In this document: positions 51,447-63,699 of the stretch, one piece after another
Numbering within the stretch: the first letter of the stretch is position 1
Layout of the letters: each line of letters begins with the position of its first letter
DNA from: Squalus acanthias
Lineage: Eukaryota
DNA length: 64,000 nucleotides
Direction: 5' to 3'
Assembly: GCA_030390025.1 (NCBI GenBank)
Contig: CM059432.1
Span: 123,506,001 to 123,570,000, forward strand
The notes under the pieces: generated by a model
Databases searched by the model: none
What the model was told of the DNA's origin: nothing
What the model saw: only the letters and a program-made list of their open reading frames with translations
Made by a program: the position numbers and the translations under genes

Positions 51447-52369
51447 TAAAAGTTCCAGAAAATGTTGATAGCATCAAGCAAGAAGTTTTGGCTTCAGTGG
51501 ATGCTGCAGGCGCTGCTGGAGGTATTCCAAGTCAGCTGATTTTCAACTGGGATCGGATCGGCCTAAAGTCTGTTCCAATTTCTCACTAGCTGACAGCTCA
51601 AGAAGGAGACAGTTAGATTGACCTCGTGGAGCTGGGGACAACTGGAAAATCACCACCCTGTAAACACTGCATTGCAATTCAGCTTTGCAGGAAATACAGG
51701 TGCTTGCCAACCTGACTGCTGTATTGCACATGTACAGAATCATTGGGGCCACCAGATAATGATGACTGACAGTCGTCCAGCTCCCAGTAATTTTGTTTCT
51801 TCTTTGTCTGTTCTCAGTAGTGAATCTGATAGATGAGATTACTACGGTTTTAATCCCAGCTAGCTCTACCAGAGAGATTTTCAGCTACTGGATCTCACAA
51901 TCGGTTCAAAAGCTGTACTGAAGTCAGAATTCAAGCACCAGTGCCCAAGTGAGGTGCAGCACTATCAGATGACTAGTCAACTGCTTTCCAAACTGGAAAT
52001 GGATCTGTTTTTTTGTCCGTGCAAATGGGTGGTCACCATCCATGACTGCATGAGAGCTGATCACAATCGTGCTGTGAACGAATTTGAAATGACAGGCATT
52101 AAATCTCAGGTTGCAAACACTACAATCCTAGTATTTTACATTACTGGACCAGTGCTTTTAATGTAATTTGGGATTGAGCAATGCCACTTGAGCAAATCTT
52201 TGGTACTTGTATAATGTTGTAACGCCTCTGATCACTGTCGCTAATTTTCATTTGCGTTTGTCATTGTGATTGAGGCAGAACTATATCAGGAAGAAAAAAG
52301 GAAAGCTTCTGTAATATATCATTATTGATACTACTTTTGACAAACAAACAGAATAATATAAGATCAGGA

Positions 52370-52797
52370 ACGGTAGCACAGTGGTTATGTTACTGGACTA
52401 GTAATCCAGAGGCCTGGACTAATAATCCAGAGACACGAGTTGGGGAATATAAATGCAGTTAAATAAACAAATTTTGAATTTGTTTAAAAAAGCTAGTATC
52501 AGTAATGGTGACCATTAAATGTCGTAAAAACCCATCTGGTTCACGAATGTCCTTTAGGGAAGGAAATCTGCCGTCCTTACCCGGTCTGGCCTATATGTGA
52601 CTCCAGACCCACAGCAATGTGGTTGATTCTTAACTGCCCTCTGAAATGGCCCAGCAAGTTGTACTTGTACCAAACCGCTACAAAGAACTGCGGTTCAAGA
52701 AGGCGGCTCACCACCACCTTCTCGAGAGCAATTGGGGATGGGCAATAAATGCCGGCCTTGTCAGCGATGCCCACGTCCCATGAACAAATAAAAAAAA
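52370..52797 (+). mobile_element. tRNA-derived SINE with CR1-group LINE tail
   Basis: Uninterrupted homolog of 6592-8552; last ~100 bp match the 3' end of LINE 3628-5135. Confidence 0.85.
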
Positions 52798-54257
52798 TAT
52801 ACAAATTTAAAAACTGTGTCAGCATTTTGCTGAAAGACAACGGATTTCAGCTCTTGATATTATCGGGCATGGAGGCTGAGGCCTTCTAAGCGTCCGATGT
52901 GTTCAGAGTTAAAGCATTCTCGGCACTCAAAGCCTGTGCACAAACTGTGCGCAAGTCTCCTTCAGGGCCTGGAATTTACATAAATGAGGCCCAAGCCCTA
53001 TAATGCAGCTGGTGTGCCTCCAGAGAACTTCTTGCTCATCACCCATAATAAACAAGCGCTGCAAGGGAACTGCCGAATGAAAAGGTTTTTAATTCTTTTA
53101 CTTGGATGGCCCTTTCCTTCCAACATGTTCATCCAGCTTGCCGCAGTGCTGCTGTTGCCTGCCTTCTTAACTTAATTGCATCATAAATTCCAGCGTTCAT
53201 TGTTTGAGGCCTTGGCAGGTGCAGAACCCTGATGACGTGCAATAGATTGTTCATTAGTATACCATGCAAGTACTTTGTATAATATCTTTAATCCTGTTTG
53301 TGGAAGATCCATAAAGTTATGCAAGAGATGGAGGTTTTCCCTGAAACCTTCAGTTCCGTGCTTTACACGGCCTATTTCCAGCAGAGGTGGGCGGCCAAGA
53401 GGGGCTCCGTGGGGGAGATCACTTCATTAGCATTGCATCGGAGCCTCAGTTAAAAGTTTTGGGAAAGAACACCAAAGATCATTATTGTTCTGGAACAGTC
53501 TTAAGCATTTTGTAAGTCAAGTAGTTACTTGCTGTCCTACTTCTGTGTAATTATCTCATTTGTAAAAAAAAATTAGCCTGAACAATACAATCTGTTGTAT
53601 TTTGCACTTTTTGTAGTGGGCAGGAGAAGTGGTGAGCATCGCACATAGTCTGTGGCGCAAAATGTTCTGGTGAAAAGGCCATTGTTAGTCCTGTGGCATA
53701 CTTTCCACTCACGTCACCCGTAATGTTGCAAGTTTCCTAGGAGGACAGGGTTTGTTTATGGACCCTCTCTTTTTGCAATGTATATATATATATCAAAAGG
53801 TGTGAATTAACAGTGCGTGGATGAAGCCTGAACTGTAGCGGTCATGTTGCTAGTTTGTAGCCCCACAAGCATCGTTAATCCTGGATTCTGAAGTGCTTTC
53901 TGTAAGTTTGATTGAATGTATTAATAAACATTGGTTAGCTTAAATTTTCATAGCTTTGGGTTTCTTTTGCACAAAAATGGTGAAAAATGGTGAAAAACAG
54001 TGAAGCTGAAAACCCGTGGAGAAAGTACTCATTTTACAGTACTTGCTAAAATGCTGAATATCTTCCGGAACAGGGGAGGCAAAGGGAAACCAGTAAACAA
54101 TTCACATAATCAAGATTTCAAGAATGAAGGACGTATAATTTGTCCATGGTTAACAGCAAATAAAGGCACGTGGAGGAAGGTAATGCTCTATGTCCCACTA
54201 CAAGTAGGATAGGTTGTAGTTTTTGAACTGCTCTTGTCGTTTGTACTTAGACACATC

Positions 54258-55092
54258 GGGCTGGATTTTCTCAATGGGGAGCTTTTGGAGGCGGGACTCC
54301 CACTTGTCGGGTTTCAGACCCGCCTCCATCAACTTCTGGCCAACCCATGCTATTTTCCCTTGATTGACCTTGTTAAGCCCGCCCAGCGGGCTTAGCAGGC
54401 CAATTAAGGGAAAGCCGGTTACAGAGAACGTCAACATATGATGTTTCATCTGTCAAAAATTTTTGACAGATGAATTGTCATCGTTTGACAGCTCTGTGAA
54501 GCTGTCAAACACTGACATTCTCTGTAGTTTGATGAGTTCTTGAATACAAGAACTCATCAAACCTCTTTCTTTTACAGAAATTCGATGGTTGTTGCATTGG
54601 AGAATGCAACGGCCATCTGTCATCTCTACCGCGGAGGTGCGAGACTCTTCATATACTCACCGATTGAAGCCTGCAGGAAGAAACATAGGTAAGTACACTT
54701 TTTCTAACACTTTGCACTTACCTCAGATACTCACCTCTCCACACTTGCAGCCATCACTCACCTCCACAGCACACTTTTGGACCCCGCAGACCCCCGCAGA
54801 CCCACTACTCGCCTCGGTGACCCTGGCGGGTTTCGGAGCCTTCGGGAAGCCTGTACTTGTGTGGGCAAAAAGGGGATAATCCTATTTTCTGCCTGTTAAC
54901 TACCTGTAAACAGGCAGTTAAGTGGCTGTAATCCCTTCCCGCCTCCAAGGAGACAGGACCTACCGTGGGACGGCTACCCACCTCCTGGCAAGATGGCATG
55001 GGGGCGGGTTGGGCACCCGCCCCCAAATTCTGCCATTTTCCCGGCAGTCCTGTCTCCAAACCTGCCTCCCCAGGGCTGGCAAGATCGCGCCC
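54258..55092. mobile_element. Harbinger-like MITE related to family B ends
   Basis: TIRs gggctggattttc / aagatcgcgccc; first ~190 bp similar to 42571-42770 and 63100-63294. Confidence 0.7.
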
Positions 55093-56272
55093 AGAGAGCC
55101 ATAACGGCACAGAAGGAGGCCATTCGGCCCATCGAGTCCGCGTGGCTCTCTGTAGAGCAATCTAGTCAGTCCCATTTCCCCGCTCTATCCCTGTAGCCCT
55201 GCAAGTTTATTTCCTTCAAGTGCCTATCCAGTCTCCCCTTGAAAGCACTGAGTGTCTCCGCTTCCACCACTTCCATCGGCAGCGAATTCCAGGTCATCAC
55301 CACTCGCTGCGTAAAAAAGTTTTTCCTCACATTCCCCCTGTATCTCTTGCCGAAAAGCTTAAATCTGTGTCCCCTAGTCCTTGTACCTTCAACTAGTGGC
55401 AACAGCCTTTCCCCGTCTAGCCTATCCAAACCCGTCATAATCTTGTACACTGCTTTCAAATCATCCTTCAACCTCCTTTGCTCTAATGAAAACATATCCA
55501 GCTTCTCCAACCTGTCCTTGTAGCTAAGATCCCCCATCCCCGGAACAATTCTGGTAAATCTCCTCTGCACCCTCTCAAGGGCCTTCACATCCTTCCTAAA
55601 GTGTGGTGACCAGAACTGGATGCAATACTCCAGTTGTGGACTAACCAGCACTTTATAAAGGTTCAGCATAACTTCTCTACTTTTGTACTAAATACCTCTA
55701 TTTATGAAGCCCAAGCTCCCATATGCTTTGTGAACCACTCTCTCAATATGTCCTGTCACCTTCAGGACCTATGCACATTAACTCCCAGGTCCCTCTGTCC
55801 CTGCACACTCTTTAAAACTGTGCCATTAAGTGTATATTGCCTCCCCCTGTTCCTTCTGCCAAAATGCATCACCTCACACTTCTCTGTATTAAATTCCATC
55901 TGCCACTTGTCTGCCCATTCTGCTAGCCTTTCTATGTCCTGTTCCAGTCGATTGTTATCATCATCACTGTTTGCCACACCCCCAAGTTTGGTGTCATCAG
56001 CAAATTTAGAAATTCTACTCAATATTCCAATATCCAGGTCATTTATATATATATAAAAAAAGCAGTGGCCCCAGCACTGACTCTTGGGGAACACCACAGT
56101 CTACCATCCTCCAGTCTGAAAAACAGCCATTTACCACAACTCGCTGTTTTCTGTCCTTAAGCCAATTCCTTATCCAAGCTGCCACTGACCCACCTATTCC
56201 ATGAGCCTCAATTTTGTTAACCAGCCTTCTATGTGGTACTTTGTCAAACACCTTCCTAAAATCCATGTAGAT
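55093..56272 (-). mobile_element. 5'-truncated CR1, same subfamily as 25853-30333
   Basis: Highly similar to 25856-27035; ORFs 55166, 55762 and 56039. Confidence 0.92.
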
Positions 56273-58794
56273 AACACTTCTCAGGAGATGCAATCCTGCT
56301 CAAAACAGTAGGTGACGAGAATAACAAGTGTTTATAAGTAAATTAAAGAAGGAGGAAATTTGCATGTAAATGCCAAGTTCCCCCTCTAGATGCCTGCCAC
56401 CTATTTATTACTGTTTTCTGAAACCTTATCTAAAGAGCGTCATCCCTAAAAAGTTAAATAAATCTTTCCCCAACAATGGCAATATTTGTGTTGCAATTAC
56501 ATCATTCAAGCCGGAAAGTGCTAATGCATCACAACAACATTACTTGCACATAACAAATGATCTGTCGTTCTGCTGAGCCCTTCCCCATCCCAAAACAGTG
56601 ATGACCTCTTTTCCCTCATGCCTTTCGACATATACATATTTGATTTTCTTAATCAACTCCCTGCTCTATGTAAAGAGGTTTCTGTGGGACTCTATAGATT
56701 GGACAAGACAATACCATTTGGTGCCTGATCTAGAGCAGGTTCCACGAAATGAACAATATGTCAAGCAGGGGAGCTTTGAACAATGATGGCCCAGGTAGTG
56801 GCCCATCAATCAAAGCACCCAGGGGAATCTGTACAGAGAAACTGTGTTACGCAGAGTAACGAGGGGAAATATCAAGCCCCTGTGGGGATTAAAGGCTTAA
56901 AATGAGTCAGTGTCACACTGCTATAACCTCTGACCTATTCTTAATGAATAGGTTCAGCATGATTAATTGCTGCATTAATGAATGTAGTTAATAGAGTACA
57001 AAACTAGAACTGTGTGTACAGACTCCTCAGTAAAGAAGGGGTGGGTTTGTTACCCAGCGCGATAGTGACAGTGTGTCTTAGTCTCATCGCTAACATTCTG
57101 TTTAAGGTGTGAACCTTGTGCATGGAGTGTTAGCGACTAATGTGGGAGTGAATAAAAGAAGCCAATGCATTTGTTTCATTCCAGCTATTCGACCAAAACA
57201 TGTGAAGAGCTGCCTAAAACGAAGGAATCCATTTTTATTTCAATTTGTGGTTTCATACGTGCTGCCTGCCCTCTAAGTGGGCAGAGCTACACAGTGAGTA
57301 TTAGCAGGCCATTCAATCATGGGTCATCGAAGCAGTGTCTGATCTGGTCCTCATCCATTGTGCACTATCCAGCCTGGATAGCGGGGTAGCGATCAGAAGC
57401 AGGAATCGTGGACAGTTTCCTCTGCCTAGCCTAGTGGTCAGTTGTCGGAGTCCCCTAGCTGAGATCAGCAAACTCAGCACAGCCTGCAAGGCTCAGCACC
57501 ACAGCAGCAGCGCATCTAACCATTCAGCAATGGGGGCCCCAAAACAGATCATTATTTTCCGTGGCTACTGGTGAACATTATAAAGCACAGTGAGTCTCAA
57601 GTCAAAACAGTTATTGAATAGTAAATTCTTTGAAGAATTGAAAGCAATGCTGTGTTATTTAATCGTTTCTTTTTGGACTGAATCAAGCCTCCCTGAAAGT
57701 TTCAAAAGGCAGCAGACAGATCATCTGTTGCAGTCAAAGCTGGTCCTCAGTGGTGGAGTTTTAGTGCCGGATGCTCACAGCTGGGTCTGTCTAAAAATCT
57801 CCGCAAGAAAAGGACGACGCGTCTTCAAAAGCACACTGCGGAGATCTTTCAAATGACTCATTTTATTTCATAGCGTCTTTTCAACAATGTGACCAGTATT
57901 GTTAACTCAAAGTAAATTGCTTAAAGCAGTTGAAAGTACAGAGTCACTCTAAGTTCAGCTCCTAGGCCCAGGGACCATTTTCTTCAACATTCCAATACAT
58001 GATAGCTTAAGAGCCTATTTATTGGTTCATACATGCACATATCCTTATGGTATTTGATCCAATATATATCGTGCTTTTTGAACTTTAAACTTGCTCACCT
58101 TCCTGAAAGAATTTTCTCTTTCCCTCACAAAACAAGGGTAAATTGGGGCTTTGTTTTCTCTCCCCGGTGGTTTTCTGTTTAATCCCCGGCCCTCGGTTAG
58201 TTGTAGTTCTTTATTTGTTACCACTTTATTGTTACGTTGTGGTATAATTCAGCATTTGAGGAGTGGCAGGAAGTGAACTGGATCCCGGGAAACCATAGGC
58301 CGCATGCGAGAAATGCTCTGTGAGCACTGGGAGATCGAAATCCTCTCTTTGATCTCATTCTTAAAACCCAAAATTCATATCACTTAAATAACGCTGCTAA
58401 ATATCAATTACATTTTTCACCATTGCTGGTATCCTGCGCTATGGCCCTTGGCTCTTTACCTGCGTCCCTTCAACAGAAATATTGGCAATAATAATTCTCT
58501 TCTTATTTATTAGTCGCCTCATTTCTAAAGAAACAGTTCAAAAATACAACAGCACACAGAAAGAGAAATGACTCACTCTTTGCAACCTTTAGCACCACGT
58601 ACCATGTTAGTGATCATACTCTGGAAAGTTTACTTACAATTATGCATGAATAATGACTAACACCATCTGTTCTATTCCGTTCTTTGGCCCCGTCTGTGCA
58701 GTCGTTTCCCTTATGCTTTAGGCCTGGACTAGGGAGTCTCCAGGAATCAAAGATTCATCTCCAGGAATCAAAGATTCATCTCCAGGTCACTGCT

Positions 58795-59025
58795 ACACAC
58801 AAAGGGTGGTGAAAGTTTGGAACACTCTTCCGCAAACGGCAATTGATGCTAGATCAATTGTTAATTTTAAATCTGAGATTGATAGATTTTTGTTAACCAA
58901 AGGTATTAAGGGATATGGGCCAAAGGCGGTTATATGGAGTTAGGTCGTAGATCAGCCATAATCTCATTGAATGGCGGAACAGGCTCGAGGGGCTGAATGG
59001 CCTCCTCCTGTTCCTATGTTCCTAC
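58795..59025 (+). mobile_element. CR1 3' fragment inserted in an unclassified repeat (~58720-59180) that carries a 21-bp tandem duplication
   Basis: QRVVKVWNTLP..; tail ttcctatgttccta; tctccaggaatcaaagattca x2 at 58737-58778. Confidence 0.75.
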
Positions 59026-59207
59026 GCTGCGAGCAACCCGAGAGAAAAACCATAGGTGGCATTAAAAAAATGGTATGCATTTTTCATTTTTTTTTTAGTA
59101 GTTATAAAAATATTGGAGAAGGATAAAAAAAAAAGCTGTTTAACTGGTGGTCAAGCGATGAAATCTTTAGGAATACTTCCAACCAGAGAAAGTACTACAA
59201 ATATATT

Positions 59208-61167
59208 GGCCTAAAAAGTCAAGTGCGACACCAGAGCTGCCGGTGCCACTGCGGCCGCGGGTTAATGGCCGCTGGCAATGGTGACGCCGGTAGGAGTGAA
59301 AAATTTGCGCTGGGCTGGGGACTAATGATTATTAACCCAGCGCTAAACTGACTGTGTAACGCCCTCCTGGTGGCGTTCGTCCTGGCATCAGGCCCGATGT
59401 GGCGTCCAGAAACAGCGTTGCAACTTCGAACGGCCTCTGACAGCGAGGCTGTGATTTTGCAAAGCATTGTGGGATCTTAAAAGGGCATTGCATTGTCGTC
59501 TTCTTAAAAGAGCAATGTCTTCTGAAATGATAAAAATAAAAATGATGTAAAAATAGGCAGTTTACAACCCTTACAGCTCAACTGCCTTCTGAAAAAAAAT
59601 TAACATTTGGAAAAAAATTCCCAAATGGGAGTCTTCAGCTCTTAAAACTGAATTCCCGTCTGCACCTAAAAAAATGGGAAAAGTGCTTCAGCACCAACAC
59701 AAATGGCTCAGCAAGCCAGGGAAGGGGCACCCAGGGTCACGCACGCAGCACTCCAGCTTTGTGCAGGGGGTCAACACTGCAAGAGAGGTCCTCTACCCAC
59801 AGGGGCCAGGAGGCCCTCCTGAAAGAACGATGTGGAACCAGATCACCGAGGTCGTCACTGCCAGCAGGGTCGCCCCCACCACCTGGTTCCAGTGCCCAAA
59901 GAAGCTTCATGACCTCAGACAACTGGTCAAGGTCAGTGAATACATCTTCAAAAGTCGTCTCCTACCAACTGCATCACTAGCCTCACACACTGCTCAATGC
60001 ACGACTCCCCCCAACACCCCAATCACTCACCTACCAACAATCTGTACCAAACACGAGGCACATCTCCCACTCCTAGCTTCACCTCACCCCCTTGGTGGAG
60101 ACGGTGCAGGCCATTCTTGGCAGGGGCATGGCTGAGCCCTTGGCGACGGGCAGGGCTTAAAGGATACAAGATGTTGGTATCCTCATACGTTATCCTCCTT
60201 CTCACATGAACCTCTTGCTTTCCCACCCTCCTCGCACCACAACTCCACCCTTGTGCCTTCCTCATTTCACACACCCAAGAAATGCAGCCTGCCCAGCCAG
60301 TGGTTGACCAAGAAGAGGGAGAGGAAAGTGAAGAAGAAGAAGACGAAGCAGAAGAAACACCATCAATTGATTTGACACTCCCAGCCACTAGTTCCTCAAG
60401 GTCGACCAGCAAGGCCATTTGCAGACTCCTAACCTGAAAGTCAGCAGCCTTCCACCAGCCATGCTGCAGCCACTGGGGTAGCCCTGCATTACATCAGTAG
60501 GATAGGCAAAGGCACACACACAAGATAGTCACTAAGGGAATGCACAAGGGTGATGAGTTCATTTCTTGATGTCATATTGGATGGATAGATGTATAAAGTT
60601 GGATTGGAAAGTTTGCTTTGTGGTGGCTTTTATTTCAGCATTGTGGCCAAGAGGATGCTGTGATGGTCAGTAACAGAGGGAAGGTAAGGTGTGGGACATA
60701 TGTTGAAAAGGGAATTGGGGTAGTGGTCACTGGTACCGCAGGCAGATGATTCAATCCCAGATATCACGGCCAGAAAGGTGCTGTCTGGGTTGTATCCTTC
60801 CTTCTGCTTCCTTCCTCATCTGCGTCTTCCTCTTCCCTCTGCGAGCGGATGCTGTAAATCTGAAATAAAAGCAGAAAATTCTGGAAATAATCAGCAGGTC
60901 AGGCAACATCTTGACCTGAGACGTGAACTCTGTTTCTCTCTCGATGGATGTTGCCTGACCTGCTGGGTATTTCCAGAATTTTCTGCTTTTATTTCAGATT
61001 GACAGCATCCGCTCGCAGAGGGAAGAGGAAGACTCAGACGGAAAGATGAGTGTGTCCCTTTAATTGGTGCTGATAGCGCCTCTGTTAGTTTGCTGAACGT
61101 TGGGTTTTCATGGTGAGCTTAGGACCCAACGCTGAACTGCCCAGGCAGTTAAATTGAAAATTAGCCC
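59208..61167 (+). mobile_element. Non-autonomous Harbinger element, family A, second copy
   Basis: 59700-60846 aligns with 40750-41960 (Myb remnant, acidic exon, transposase tail); termini degenerate. Confidence 0.75.
60845..61012. mobile_element. Penelope-like hairpin fragment inserted in the Harbinger copy
   Basis: Right arm matches 885-992; hammerhead core is deleted or degraded. Confidence 0.75.
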
Positions 61168-61193
61168 TTTCCATTCGTGTCAGTGCAAACCCT

Positions 61194-63294
61194 GGGCGGA
61201 ATTTTCCAGGGGGTCAGCGGGTGAGATCGGTGGCGGGTCAGGTGGGAAAGTGGTTTTTTTTGGACGAGTCGGGACCTCGCTGTCAACCTGCCGCCACGCA
61301 CCTTTACCAAATGTCGGGTCTCCCGGCGCTGAGCAGACCTGACACACAGCGGCGGGGGAGGCAATTGAAATCATTAGTGGCTTGTTTACAGCAATTTAAC
61401 AATGCTTTTTTCCCAGCTTTTTGAATTTGACAGGTTGCCCACTGGTTTCCTGCTGTGCCTAGACCTCGTCTGTGAAGCTGAGGCGGGAGGTCAGTGGCCA
61501 TTGAATCAGCTGATGAGTTAACAGCTTCAAATGTCAAGTCAAAGCTCCCAGCTGATTGAGATATGTTCCCTTAACCACTAGCTTCTCTAAACTTCATTTC
61601 CACTACAGATTCAGGATGCTGCAAGTCTTTACACAAGCCTCCATCCAGTCTGACCTCATTACATCTCCCACCAATGACAGATCGCTTCTGTCATCTCAAC
61701 TTCACCTGCCATCTATACCATCAGCATCGGTGCCATTGAAACTCTCTCACCTTGGTCCTCAGAATCCCACCACGATCAGCCCCAACACCAGCAGCACCAA
61801 GCACCAGCATCACCAACAATTCACACAGAGGGTAGTAGGTCTGTGGAATTTGCTGCCCCAGGAAGCTGTGGAAGCTACATCATTAAATAAATTTAAAACA
61901 AAAATAGACAGTTTCCTAGAAGTAAAGGGAATTAGGGGTTACGGGGAGCGGGCAGGAAATTGGACATGAGGCTGAGTTCGGATCGGTCGAGGCCCAGTGG
62001 GTGGCGTAGCGGGCCCAGGGGCTGAGTGGCCAGGTCCTGCTCCTACTTCTTGTGTTCTTTAGATTTGAGGTGAGGATCAGATCAGCCATGATCTTATTGA
62101 ATGGCGGAGCAGGCTCGAAGGGCCGATTGGCCTACTCCTGCTCCTATTTCTTATGTTCTTATGTTCTAATACCAACTTACTCTGCAATCAACTGATGCTG
62201 CACAGGACACATAGCATCAGCACCCGACCACATTGCTGCCCGGGAGGCCAGGGATGGCCTCACTATGGCCAGATTTACTTCACTTGACGCAGTACACCCT
62301 GGCTGCCACATGATGTGCCAAGTTGGCACCACACCACACCAACACCATAAAACATCCCTACAATCCATCCCTTTCACACTCATCACCATTGCGGGGCAGG
62401 GGGCGGGGGGATAACATTATGTCTCATCATTCACTGCAACTTGCTAAGCCAGTTCCAAAGGTGCACACAAATCTGACTAAGAAGGCAATGTGTTGAAAAT
62501 AAAGGTTTCAATGTTTGACACCACATTCACAGAAATTTTACATGAACATTGCATAAAACACCCAAGTGCATATCCTTGTGTGTTGTTAGTTGGTATGATT
62601 GGACTAGGATGAGGGTGAGTGTGAGGGGTGGCTAGTGAGATGGGGAAGTGATAATGTAGATAGAGAGGGGTGGGTGAAGGTGCAAGGTAAGTTGGTGTGA
62701 GTAAGGATGTGCAGGAGTAGGGTAGGGAAGGCAGAGTGATGGGGATGTGATGAGTGGCGCAGCAGGATGAGGCCAAGTGTGGCTTTGCAATAACGTTTCG
62801 TGATCCACTGAGATCATTGAAAGATTTGCGCCACTGCAGCCTGGTCCTCCTGAGAACATCCCTGCTTGTATTCTCCTGTGCAATGTGCAACCAGGCTGCG
62901 TTGGTCTCCTGCGGAGGTCTCTTCCGCCCATTGGAAGGGAAGAGGACCTCCCTGTTCAGCATATGGAGGGAGTCATGGGAGAGCCTGGGTGCAGCTGTGC
63001 ACCTCTGTGCAGTGATTGTCAGTGTTTGCAGCACCTCAATGTTGTAGAACACTGACAGCACAACTGTCAAATAAATTTGGCCATGGTCCCTTTAAGGAAA
63101 CCGGCTGATGACACGTCATCAAATGACGTCATCGACCCACTTCCTTCAATTGGCTGCGAAACACACTGGGCGGGCTTAACAAGGCCAATCGGGGAAAAAT
63201 CATTTTGGAGAGAGGGCTGGAGCCAACAGCGAGGCCGGGACCCGTCCCCGACGTCGCCCGACATGGACCCGCCGAGGTTGGTAAAATCCAGCCC
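61194..63294 (-). mobile_element. Non-autonomous Harbinger element, family B, with 3-bp TSD
   Basis: TIRs gggcggaatttt / aaaatccagccc flanked by cct/cct; Myb/SANT APRLSHDSL..AWLHIAQE..RTRLQWRKSFNDL (-); transposase tail HIAAREARDGLTMARF (+, ~62230-62280). Confidence 0.82.
61820..62167 (+). mobile_element. Young CR1 3' end nested in the Harbinger element
   Basis: FTQRVVGLWNLLPQEAVEATSLNKFK..; similar to 51066-51446. Confidence 0.9.
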
Positions 63295-63699
63295 CCTGTT
63301 TCTGAGCATTACGGTGTAAACGGCACCGATATCAGAAAATCAAAGCCTAGATATGCCTTTCCTGACCATGAACCCAATATCTGCCAGTGATACAGGCATA
63401 TCACTGCTAAAAGCTAGCCCCTGAGATATTAATGGTCAGAATTTACACAGGATTGATTGGACTAAATCTTTCAGATGCTTTCAGAAACTCTCGTCTGACT
63501 TTAGTGTTAAAACGTGCAGCATTCATTCAAGGCTCCTTGGTATTTAATAAAAACATGACATATATTACATCTAATGCACCAAATACCAAATGTATTGAAT
63601 GAGTAATCTCACCTCACAAACCAAAGATACAAGTGGGTAGCATTGCAGTACAGATTGGTGATGTTTTGGTTTTCAACAAGTAAATACTAGCTTATAAAA

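Larger units (their letters stand above)
47950..52110 (+). pseudogene. pogo-like (Tc1/mariner superfamily) transposase fossil split by later LINE insertions
   Basis: N-terminal ER*ARTGKYMSEQG..VRFLKK (~47950-48075); after the insertions KVPEN..IPSQLIFNWDRIG, NHW, LIPASST../QLLDLTI, KWVV..VNEFEMTGI (51447-52110). Confidence 0.7.

Noticed and set aside
62477..63070. 197-aa Myb/SANT ORF as a domesticated host gene (NAIF1/MSANTD-like)
   Set aside because: Lies between TIRs with a TSD, appears internally deleted in the domain, and reads on into intron-like sequence.
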